Assembly (NCBI GenBank): GCA_036172245.1
Contig: JAYWIR010000029.1
Location: 1 to 64,000, forward strand
DNA length: 64,000 nt
Source of the DNA: Raillietiella orientalis
Taxonomy: Eukaryota
Direction: 5' to 3'
Each line of letters opens with the position of its first letter. Within the stretch, counting starts at the first letter, position 1. The translations under genes were made by a program, and so were the position numbers. Below the pieces are notes generated by a model. The model was not told the origin of the DNA and did no database searches. It saw only the letters and a program-made list of their open reading frames with translations. Positions 8,568 through 18,256 of this stretch are shown piece by piece.

Positions 8568-10884
8568 GCGATCAGTTGGAGGACGTGTTTTTCCTTCACT
8601 CCTCAAAGGGTAGTAGGAAAGCGCTTTCTTCTGTGTGGTGTTTTGTGTACATCGTCGGTGTCCAATGGCCACGACGCCAGAGGACACCGCGATGGAGGTT
8701 GGAGTGGGGGAGGCTAGTTCGCCCCCACAGCCTACTGGAGCAGGGGCAGCCGCCCCGGAATCATCCCCGGCCACGCCGAGGACATGGAGCTCCATGGTGG
8801 CCGCGCACAGCGCAGAAGCCATGGCGGAGATGGCCGCATACAAGGCCTCCGGGTACAAGCCATCGCTTGTCTACCAGGTAGGCAACTTGTTCGACGGCCG
8901 GACAGCGCGCGCCTTCAGCAAAGCGTTGAAGCACGCGAATGTTGCAGAGAAGGATCTGGACGGCCTCTCCGTCCTCAGCGGCGGGCAGCGGGTCGAGGTG
9001 GTCTGCAAAGATGTCACCTTGGCTCACCGCCTAATCCATGCGCCGCTGAACGTAGACGGCCGCAAGATCCTGCCAGTATCTATGGACCGCTCCGTGGTGG
9101 TCCACATGACTGGCATCACCAGCCGCATGACGCGGTCAGCGGTTGGTGAGGAACTAAGAAAGTACGGTGAGGTGCACGCACTGTGGCCGAAACCCTCCAT
9201 TTTCGACGGCTTCGATAGCCTTTTTGGTGGGCAGGCTGCAGCGCGGGTCACCGTACGGGAGAATTGTGGGCTTCCCCACAAACTACAGGTGGCGCAAGAA
9301 AACGTCGACCTGTGGTATGTAGGGAAGCCCCGGTATTGCGGGCATTGTGATACCGTGGGACACCTACGTAAAAGGTGTCCCAATATACAATGCCATTTGT
9401 GCGGGGAGCGGGGCCACGTTCGGAGCGTGTGTCCCAAACGCCCCACCCCGGTTCCCCCTGCCGCGAAAAAAGCGCAGGCGAAACGTGCTTCGAAGGTCTC
9501 TAGACCTAAAGTAGAAAAGGGCCAGCACAAGCTACCAACACCTCAACCTCCGGAGCGTAAGCCGGAGGATAAACCTTCTGAAACGGTGGAAGGCGAAGAG
9601 GGATGGAAGCTTGTAGAGGCCAGAAAGCCGAGGAAACTCCCTCCCGCGGAGAGCAAAGAGCGCAAGACGGCCGGTAAGCCGAAAAAACCCGGTCCGCGCT
9701 CGAAAACTCTGCGCGAGTGCACGGTGGCACTAGAACGAATCGTCGTTCCCGAGATTGCCACCCGGAGCGTCGATCCTCCCCTTGCCGCTTCCGCTGCGCC
9801 CGAGGCTCGCGACGGCGAACCCTCTGTTTACACAGAGGGTGAGCCGCGCGACATAGCGGCGGTCGAAGCCGCGGACGCCGCGTTCGCGCAGGCGGCGGAG
9901 GAGCTCGCGGTCACGCTGGCCGAGCGCGAGAACCCCTCGCGCAAGGCCGTGCGAAGGCCGGCTCCGGCGAAGAAGGCCCCCACAGGTGAGTTAGACCTGG
10001 GGGCCGGAAGTACATCCTCCTCCTCGGAGGCACCCTCCAGGAAGTCGGGACGCAAGTCCCAGAAGCCCAGGAGGCGCCTCCCCTCCACCAGCGAGGAGGA
10101 GAAGACGGAAGCCGTCGCCAGCGTGGGAAATTCGGAGGAAGAATTCCCACGCTCGGAAGCCGTCGATGCGGCCACCCCCATGGAGGAGGGTGAACAGGGG
10201 GGTGAACTCCCCCCTGCAGGCGCCGACCCTGAACAGCCCGCCCCCATGGAGGAGGGCGAACAGGTAGGCGCGACTCCACCTGCGGGTGATCCGGCCGACG
10301 CGCCGGCACCGATTGGGGAGGGGGACCAGGTGCCTTCAGCACCTGACCCCCCTGCTCCACCTAGCGTCCCGCCTCAGCAGGTGGCGGACGCCGCACTGCC
10401 ATCTTCCCAGGAGTAACACCTGGGCTCGCCAGTCGCCGTCGGATTCGCGCGGCCTGTTGGAATGTCAACGGGCTGCGCGACGACGGTAACAGGCGAGATA
10501 CAGCCGACACCCTGCGGGAGTTCGACCTGGCCCTGTTGCAGTAGATCCACGTGATCACCGCGGCAGACGTCCAGGAGATCGAGACGATCGCGGGGGGTCG
10601 GCTGTACTGGCAATGCGGCATCCGCAACACCTGCGGGGTCGCGTTCTTCGTGACGCCGGCCATCGACGCTGCCGTGAAGGGCGTGCGCTTCGATGACGAC
10701 GGTCGGGTCGGTCAGCTGACTCTCGGCTGGTCCGACTCGATCGATCTGATCGTCACGAATGTGTACGCCCCAGCCGGTCAAAAGGGATACAGCAACCGTA
10801 CCAGGCTGCTTGAATCCCTGAAGCGCGACTGGCTGGCGAACACGAGCGTGCGGAAGGCTCACCTGATAGCGGGCGATTTCAATC
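8568..10884 (+). mobile_element. 5' part of B1 element (5'UTR, ORF1, endonuclease to GDFN)
   Basis: GGACGTG at 8581; ORF1; ORF2 starts TPGLASRRRIRAACWNVNG at 10416 with a stop at 10541; ends at ATTTCAATC. Confidence 0.92.
8665..10416 (+). CDS. B1 ORF1, intact gag-like zinc-knuckle protein (583 aa)
   Basis: Uninterrupted frame from MATTPEDTAMEV with knuckles CGHCDTVGHLRKRC and CHLCGERGHVRSVC and a PMEEG-repeat tail. Confidence 0.9.
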   Translation: MATTPEDTAMEVGVGEASSPPQPTGAGAAAPESSPATPRTWSSMVAAHSAEAMAEMAAYKASGYKPSLVYQVGNLFDGRTARAFSKALKHANVAEKDLDGLSVLSGGQRVEVVCKDVTLAHRLIHAPLNVDGRKILPVSMDRSVVVHMTGITSRMTRSAVGEELRKYGEVHALWPKPSIFDGFDSLFGGQAAARVTVRENCGLPHKLQVAQENVDLWYVGKPRYCGHCDTVGHLRKRCPNIQCHLCGERGHVRSVCPKRPTPVPPAAKKAQAKRASKVSRPKVEKGQHKLPTPQPPERKPEDKPSETVEGEEGWKLVEARKPRKLPPAESKERKTAGKPKKPGPRSKTLRECTVALERIVVPEIATRSVDPPLAASAAPEARDGEPSVYTEGEPRDIAAVEAADAAFAQAAEELAVTLAERENPSRKAVRRPAPAKKAPTGELDLGAGSTSSSSEAPSRKSGRKSQKPRRRLPSTSEEEKTEAVASVGNSEEEFPRSEAVDAATPMEEGEQGGELPPAGADPEQPAPMEEGEQVGATPPAGDPADAPAPIGEGDQVPSAPDPPAPPSVPPQQVADAALPSSQE

Positions 10885-10962
10885 GAGTGCGGACGTGTTT
10901 TTCTTCGCTCTCGTCTCCGTGCTTTCATCCGCTTCATCTTGGCGTCGTACATTTTGACGACG

Positions 10963-12885
10963 ATGTCGACCCAACCCGAAGCTACTGAAGTTGGAGGAAC
11001 AGCATCCGGATCTGCAATCGCGGAACCAGCGGCCGCCTCCACTTCGTCTTTCTCGCCAATGGAGAGGAGTTTTGCTGACGTTGCTGCCACAGCAGCCGTC
11101 AAAGGGAAACCACTCGACGAGTCGGAGTTGCGGGCATACGTAGCCCAAGGCTATAGACCTGCTCTCCGATATAAGGTGAGTGGCTTTCTTTCTGCGCGCG
11201 ACGGAAACCAGTTCAACGATGAACTGACCCGTGTTGGCGTGCGGGAGCATGACCTTCTCGCCATTATGCCCGTAAAAGACATGGGCTATTTCAAGGTGCG
11301 TTGCAAAGACGCTGCACTTGTGCAACGCTTGCTGCACACCCCGTTGTCGATCCGTGGCCAGAAGGTCTTCCCGGCCGCCATGGACGACTCATTTGTGGCG
11401 GAGATTTTCGACATCGAGTCGGAAATCTCCGATATTGATATTCGGAACGCGTTGGCGAAATTCGCCACGGTCCATGCGCTGTGGAGGGTGCGTAGCAACC
11501 TCAAGGACTTCCCGTCCATACACAGCGGAGTCGCTGGAGTCCGGCTTACAATGCCGGACCGCCGTCTGCTGCCCACCAAAATACAGTTGAAGGACACGGT
11601 CGTTCACCTGTGGTTCGTGGGCAAAGTAAGAACGTGCGAGCAATGCGGGAAGGAGGGGCATTGTTTGGATAAATGCCCCTCTGGAAAATGCCGTTATTGC
11701 AAACTATCCGGGCACCAATTGAAAAATTGCCCGGATCTTTTGCGAAAAAAGGCAGCCGCGGAGCTCCATCTTAAAAAACAAAGCGCGGATAAAAAGAAAA
11801 AATCTGCGAAAAACCTGGAGACCCCACGGCAGAAATTCCGAAAAAACGCGAGGCGGAATGTCGCCCCAAAGCAGCAGGAAACCTCGCACGCGAAGCCCTG
11901 CGCGCCCCCTCTCGCGGCAGGGGAGCCGCAAAAGAAAGGGTGCGGGGAATCCGGGGCAATGGTAAGTCCCCCTAGGCGCAATAGCTGTCCTTCCCAAGCA
12001 CGCCCGGCTCTCTCTGAGTTCGAGCAACCGGCGGGGACGCCAATGCACAACGGCGGTAAGGACACTTCCAGTACCGTCAGATCCATCCCTTCACCTCCTG
12101 CAGTGTCTGAGAAGCCCAAATCGGGTAAGAAGGGTTGTGCCGTGTCGACTTCGAAAGTCGGCAAAAAAAAATCCGCGTCGCGATCCAACACCGCGAAAGC
12201 GGAGAAAAATCTCACGCCGTCGCAGTCGGAGAGCAAGCTCTCGAATGGCGCGGATGCCATGCCAACGAAGGGATTGAAAGCCCTTACGAAGGCAGCGTCC
12301 ATGACGAGCGTGTCGAAGCCATCGAAAGTGCTCCCGTCCAAAGACGAGGATGGCTTCAAAGATGGCAATAAAGCACAATCTTCATTTACGGCGCCACGCG
12401 AAGTGAGGAACCGTAATGAAGTAAAGAAGACTTCAGCAAAGGTCCCTCGTGCAACTGCGCGTGAGCACGCTGAAAACGCGCGTGCCGGGAAAGCAGCCGT
12501 CACCAAAAGCGATGCTCTGGTGACAGAAAACGAAAACAGGACAGCTGTCAATCCAGCAGAACCTGTCACTGCTTCGCGGAAGGCCGAAACCCGATCGAAC
12601 ATGCGCCGGTCGGACTCCGAAATGGATGCCGTTCCGATCACCGAGACGAGGACAAATCGTTCGAAAGCGTGTGCGCGCCGATCAAAAGTAGGCAGCCAGG
12701 CAACGCTGGCCGCGAAGCAACGCGAAGTCTCCACGAAACCCGACGGGGTTAAGCCTGGCGTGGAGGCATTACATGCATGCAGCACGACAGAGGACGGTGG
12801 CGACCGTCCCCTCCAGCCAGTCGTGCTGCTCGCCGTCTGCTCGCCGGATAAAGCGAGCAAAAAGCTGCCACCTACCCAGCAGTAA
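10963..12885 (+). CDS. C ORF1, intact gag-like zinc-knuckle protein (640 aa)
   Basis: MSTQPEATEV start; knuckles CEQCGKEGHCLDKC and CRYCKLSGHQLKNC; long Lys/Ser/Ala-rich tail. Confidence 0.88.
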   Translation: MSTQPEATEVGGTASGSAIAEPAAASTSSFSPMERSFADVAATAAVKGKPLDESELRAYVAQGYRPALRYKVSGFLSARDGNQFNDELTRVGVREHDLLAIMPVKDMGYFKVRCKDAALVQRLLHTPLSIRGQKVFPAAMDDSFVAEIFDIESEISDIDIRNALAKFATVHALWRVRSNLKDFPSIHSGVAGVRLTMPDRRLLPTKIQLKDTVVHLWFVGKVRTCEQCGKEGHCLDKCPSGKCRYCKLSGHQLKNCPDLLRKKAAAELHLKKQSADKKKKSAKNLETPRQKFRKNARRNVAPKQQETSHAKPCAPPLAAGEPQKKGCGESGAMVSPPRRNSCPSQARPALSEFEQPAGTPMHNGGKDTSSTVRSIPSPPAVSEKPKSGKKGCAVSTSKVGKKKSASRSNTAKAEKNLTPSQSESKLSNGADAMPTKGLKALTKAASMTSVSKPSKVLPSKDEDGFKDGNKAQSSFTAPREVRNRNEVKKTSAKVPRATAREHAENARAGKAAVTKSDALVTENENRTAVNPAEPVTASRKAETRSNMRRSDSEMDAVPITETRTNRSKACARRSKVGSQATLAAKQREVSTKPDGVKPGVEALHACSTTEDGGDRPLQPVVLLAVCSPDKASKKLPPTQQ

Positions 12886-15800
12886 TGCGGGGAATCGGGT
12901 CTTCTCGTCGTCTGTCCGTAACGTGTTGGAACGTGAACGGACTGCAGAACGACGAGAAGAGGCGATTAGTAGCCAACGCCCTGCGCCCCTTCGACCTCGC
13001 GCTGCTGCAGGAGATTCACGTAATCTCCGACGAGCAGGCAGCCGAAATCGAGGAGAGCGCAGGCGGAACGCTACATTGGCGGTGCGGCGGCGCACACACG
13101 TGCGGCGTCGCGTTCCTCATAAGAGGAAAAATGGCGGAAGCGGTGCGTAGTGTTCGTTTCGATGACAACGGACGGATAGGCCAGCTTGTCATCAAGTGGT
13201 CCGAGTCCATCGTTCTCGTCGTTACGAACGACTACGCGCCGAGTGGCTCTCGCTACCTCGAAGAAAGAGTAGCTTTCTTTGGTGAGGTGCAGAGCCACTG
13301 GCTCAACAACTCCGGTTTCCAAGTGGCGCACCTCGTCGCTGGGGACTTCAACGTCCGCCTGCTCTCCGACGATTGGAGCCGCCCGAGGGAGCGCGCGCTG
13401 CCCCTCGAGATGTGCGCGTCCGTGCACGCCGCCAACTTGATGGTCAGCGAACCTGGAATGGAAAGATCGCTCGATCACGTTTTCCTCGATGAAAACCTGC
13501 ATTCGCGTGTGGGTAGGAGAGGAAGATTGTTGACTAGGCTCTCTGACCACCACAGGTTGGAGTTTGAGATCCTTCCGCCAGTCAGGGGGCCTCCGTTGAG
13601 CAGCTGGAGGATGCAGGCGGATTGGCTTAGCCAACCGGAGGCTGCGGAGCATCTACGTGGGTACCTCTGAGGCTTTGCCATTCAAGAACTTGAGGACTGG
13701 GACGATCTCAAAAGATCTGTCCGCGAGTTCTGTTGTCAATTCCCTTTGCACCGGCTTCCACGCGGTTTCGGAGAGGGCGTGGCCAACAGTAAAGACTTTC
13801 TGCAGGCCCGCACGTTTTCGAGACGCGCGGATGTCGGGCGTCTCGTGCAAGCGAGAGGCCGAGCGCCAGGTCCTGGCGGTCCGGGGCAGCATGTTGGACG
13901 GCAAAGGGCCGAAATGTTCGGCCCCAGCCGAAGTACGTTACGTGTGAGACGCTACTACTCCTCGCTCTACGCGGAATCCCCGACGAAGGATATTCTTTCT
14001 GAGATACTCGTGTCTCAGGACGCTCGTGTTGTCGGCCGGAGGAACGCGAAAGTCTCGCTGAGCCCTTCACGGCAGAGGAAATTTCCTCGGCCATCTCGGG
14101 GCTCAAGAGACGAAAAGCGCCAGGCGAAGATGGGCTCCACCGAGGTTTATCGATGCCGGTGGAGCTCATTCCTTTGATGCTGAAACTCGCGACGCTGATG
14201 AGTGAATCCGGGAATGTCCCGGAATCCTTCCGCTCAGCGAAGGTGCGTCTACTGCCGAATGGCGGAGACTTGCGCCAACTTAACAACTGGCGTCCGATCA
14301 CCTTGGTGACCTCGGACGTCAAGTTGTTTTCCAAGCTGTGGGTCGCGCGGTAAGGAAGAATCGCGGAATCTGTGGTGAGCCCGGAACAAACCTACGCGGT
14401 TGCGGGACGATCCATGGAGGCGAACATCCTTTCGCGCGTACATGGCAGCAGCAGGAAGTTGTGGCGCAGCAAAGCCAGGCTGCTGAGAAAGTCACTGCCG
14501 CAGGCAAGAACAGCAGCTGCAGGCAAGAACAGGCGCCGACGGCAGGAGGGAACGCCAGGTGCCTTGGCGGTCGTGGTCGATCTCCACAAGGCGTTCGACT
14601 GCGTAAACCAGAAGCTGCTTTTGGAGCTTATGGAACGCCTTGGGTTCCCGGCGCAACTCCTGCTGTATTTGCGCGCGTGCTGGCGCCACGCGCTAACCTG
14701 CATCACTTTTAGCGGCTGCCGCGTGTATGTTATTCCCGTTCGTAGGGGCATCCGACAGGGCGACAGCTTAAGCCCGTTGCTCTTCAGCATCTTCTTTGAG
14801 TTGGTGCTAAGAGCATACAGGCTGACGCTGTCTCACTTGCCAAGCTCCTGCCCGGGAACGCCTGCCGTGGCCGCCTACGCTGATGACCTGCTTCTTCTAC
14901 TCCCCATGTCCACCCCGGCGTCCAGTGTCGAGGATTTCTTCGACCTGATTCGTCGGGGAGCGGGCGTGAGCGTGAACAGAGAGAAGAGCGTGGTCGTTCC
15001 TGTGGGTACGTCGTGGGAGGGGCAGTCCGACTGGATCCGCCTGGGGATCCCCACGGGCGAGTACTTTAAGTACCTTGGCGTTCCGTTGGGCGCTTTCGGC
15101 GCAGCCGAAGCGTGGGCGGACTGTCTTCAGAAAGCAGAGTTGGCCATCAGCCCGTTCTTTAACGGCAAGTTTACCTTGCAGGAACGGGCGACTATTTGGA
15201 ACACCTTTGTGGCCCCCTCCTCCGTCCCCTGTTTTTTGTTTTGGACCCCCCCTATGCGGCAAAACAGCGGGCTAAGCGCCTGCTCAGGAACGCTCTCTGG
15301 GGTCCGGCGAGATCCAGGAACCGCCTTAAAGATTTGTCAGCTCCGCGTCGGGATGCTGGTTTGGGTATCCTGACAATGGAGCGAATCGGACTGCAGGTGC
15401 AGTTTCGACTGCTGGCACTGTGTGCCCAGCTATGGACATCCCCCCTGTGTGTGCCAGCTCGCATTCTCCTGCGGAGATGCGCCGGCAGCGGAGGATTTCT
15501 CTCGCTTTTGCCGGGCACTCAATACAGGAAGCGGGGTTTCGGGTTTCCATTGCGGCAGTTGACCGCACTTCTGGAAGCACACACTTGGATCTCCTGCCGC
15601 CCAATGAACTTTGAAGCTTGGCGGCAGGAGTATGTTGAATCCTGGGCGGCGTTCCAAGGAATACGCCCTGAAGATCTTCGCTTCCTGCGCCAATTTTTTC
15701 CACGATCCTTGGAAGAAGTACTGCAGGACGAGGTGAAGTTTTCTACCATGACTGCCACGCCTCTTGCCGCAGCGCTGTCTGCCCTCAGGGCAAGTAACGA

Positions 15801-16473
15801 CAGTTACCAACCGGCGAGGTGGGAGGTTTCCTGCACGATAGCGGAAAGAACCAAACTCCTTGACACCTGGAAGACAAGTGAGTTGGCGGACGCCGCCACT
15901 CCTCGTGTTACTGCAAAGGGACTCCTCCGGTGGGCAGAAGAACTTGCTGTCACTCCCGAAGAACTTGTAGTCCCTCTACAGTGTATGGACAGTTCGCTGC
16001 TCCCTCTTGCTTGCAAACAAGCCGTGCTGCTTTTCGTTCACTCTGGTTTTCAGTGCAACGAGCGTTGGCATCGTGACTCCGTGGGACTTGCGTCTGCGAA
16101 CTGCGTTCGGTGCGGATCGACGGAGTCGATTCCGCACCTACTTCTGGACTGCGGTGTCCTACAAGGACTGTGGCGTAGGCTGACAACAGCACTATTGCAT
16201 CCCGTGGACACCGCAAGAGACTTGCTGCGACGATTCTTCACGCCGAGCGGGCTTTCACTAAGCGCAAGGATTGCAACCATCGGTTGCATACGCGCGATAG
16301 TTTCCGTCCGCCAGGCGTTGGTAATCAGCGGACAGCACCAAGAGGTAATCAGCAAAGCATCCTTCTACATGGGAGCATCCGCTAGATGGCCTCATTTGAC
16401 AGAGGAGACAAAGAGGAATCTCGCCGCAATACACCGCCGGTTTACACACCCTCATCAGTTGCCAACCCGGTGA
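12885..16473 (+). pseudogene. C copy 1 ORF2 (APE-RT-zinc finger), several stops and frameshifts
   Basis: Fragments 12885-13670, 14153-14353, 14372-15373 (KAFD, RQGD, YADD, YLG) and 15196-16473. Confidence 0.9.
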
Positions 16474-16786
16474 TCATTGCCCTACCCTCCATAAACTAAA
16501 TTTGTATTTTCTTTTTACACCCGCGTCCCCATAGGCTCCGGAACATTTAAGGTGCTCATCGTATAAATCCCCGTGAGTACGGAGCCTAACCAAAAACCCG
16601 TTACCCTTCCCTCCAGTTTTTGATTTTTGTTTGTTTCCCGTCATTCCTCCCGCGCTGCGAGCGGTTTGTTTACCAGGCCTGCGTGCCTGTAATTTTTCTA
16701 TGTTCTCTGTCGTTCTGTTGGTTAAGGACATTGTCCCTGACCAGTTTATCATTATTAATAAACGCCCCGGCGTGACCGGGTGATAA

Positions 16787-18038
16787 ATTTCAATCTCCGC
16801 CTGCTAACAGGTGAGCCGGAAACACAAGTGAACGCGATGAACGAGTTGTGCGTTGCCATGCGTGCGCGCAACTTGTTCGCGGGTGAGAGGGGAATGGTCC
16901 GCAGCATCGACCACGTCTTCCTCGACGCTGACCTGTGTTCACGGGTCGGCAAACGGGGGAGGGTTGCGTCAACGTTGTCGGACCATTCCCGGTTAATTTT
17001 CGAGATGCGGCCTCGCGACAAAGGACCGCCATCCAGAGACTGGCGTCTGCCGGGGGACTGGACGCGACTCTCAGGTGCGAAGGAACACCTTCGCGACTAC
17101 CTGAGAGGCGTCACGCTCCGGAATCTCCAAGACTGGGACCTTTTTAAGGAATCGGTCCGGGAATTCTGCGAGCAGTTCCCCCTGGACCGCCTGCCCTCCG
17201 GATTCGGCGAGGGTCCTCGCAACCATCGGGCGTATTTACAGGCCCGTAGGTACGAGCGAACCCCTAATGTCCGTCGCCTGGCCGAGTACCGCGCCGGGGC
17301 CGAACGCCAAGCCTGGCAATCCGGGTCGGACAGCTTGCTGGACGACCAGGGCCGGGAATGTTCTTCCCCGGCGTCGGTACGGCATCTCTTGCGGAGTTTT
17401 TATTCCTCCCTTTACGCCAGGGAGCCCCCGGATCGAAACGCCTCTCGGCGCTTGCTTCCGGATGGCGCCCCGGCAATAGGGGAGGAGGAGATGGAAAGCC
17501 TCGACGAGCCTTTTGCCACCGGCGAAATTCTCGCCGGTATCAAAAGGCTCAAGAGGCGTAAAGCTCCAGGGGAAGACGGCTTGCCCGCGGAGTTCTTTCA
17601 GAGCTTCGCGGAAGAGCTGGCACCCCTGCTGCTCAAGTTGATCAGGCTGATCCGAGACGAAGGCGATGTTCCCGCCTCGTTTCGGTCAGCCAGAGTGAGG
17701 CTCCTTCCGAAAGGGGGAGACCTCAGGGATTTAAAGAACTGGCGTCCGATCACGATCGTGAATGCGGACGCCAAGTTGATCGCAGGGCTATGGGCTTCGC
17801 GTCTAAGGCAGGTGGCAGAATCCGTAATTAGCCCGGAGCAGACTTATGCTGTTCCCGGGCGAAGTGTGGATGCCAACCTCTTCTTCGCAAGCACATGGGT
17901 GCACCTGCAGAGAAGAGAGAAGAAAGGGATAGGGAAAGTCGGCAACCCCACATTGGGGCCGCCAGCCGGGCTGGGAAACGACCCCCGGGCGGGGAAGGGG
18001 GCCCTAGCGCTCGCAGTCGATCTCCACAAGGCGTTCGA
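16787..18038 (+). pseudogene. B ORF2 continuation (FN... to DLHKAFD), open frame truncated by the A insertion
   Basis: ORF 16780-18078 minus its junction-derived ends: IDHVFLD, LSDH, GFGEG, KAPGEDG, NWRPI, DLHKAFD. Confidence 0.9.
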
Positions 18039-18256
18039 TTTTCACCCGGATTTCGCTGGGGCGTTTATTGTAAAATAAACTTTTACAAAGACGTGCGGTG
18101 GCTGGACCATTGCTCCAGCCACGCACGAAGAAACACAGAGCCTGCCGGGTCAACGGTTCGCAGACCGGTACGGTCCACCACGGCAGCAAAGGGAAGGGGG
18201 GAAAACAAAAAACAAAACAAAAAAGAAAAGAAAAGTTGGGAGGGTAAGGGAGGGGA

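Larger units (their letters stand above)
10885..16786 (+). mobile_element. Full-length C element, copy 1 (about 5.9 kb), flanked by a 9-bp TSD ATTTCAATC
   Basis: TSD at 10876-10884 and 16787-16795; GGACGTG at 10891; ORF1-TAATG-ORF2; 3' AATAAA-hairpin-GATAA. Confidence 0.95.
5066..17400. repeat. Left arm of a roughly 12-kb inverted duplication (right arm about 24960-37288)
   Basis: Same order and same junctions B3'-A5'-B1 5'-C-B in reverse complement. The inner boundary is approximate. Confidence 0.85.

Noticed and set aside
11694..12860. Long antisense or alternative-frame ORFs (also 6157-7278, 29489-30367, 38618-39949, 49421-50824, 54661-55674)
   Set aside because: They are shadows of GC-rich coding sequence, have no recognisable motifs, and often cross element junctions.
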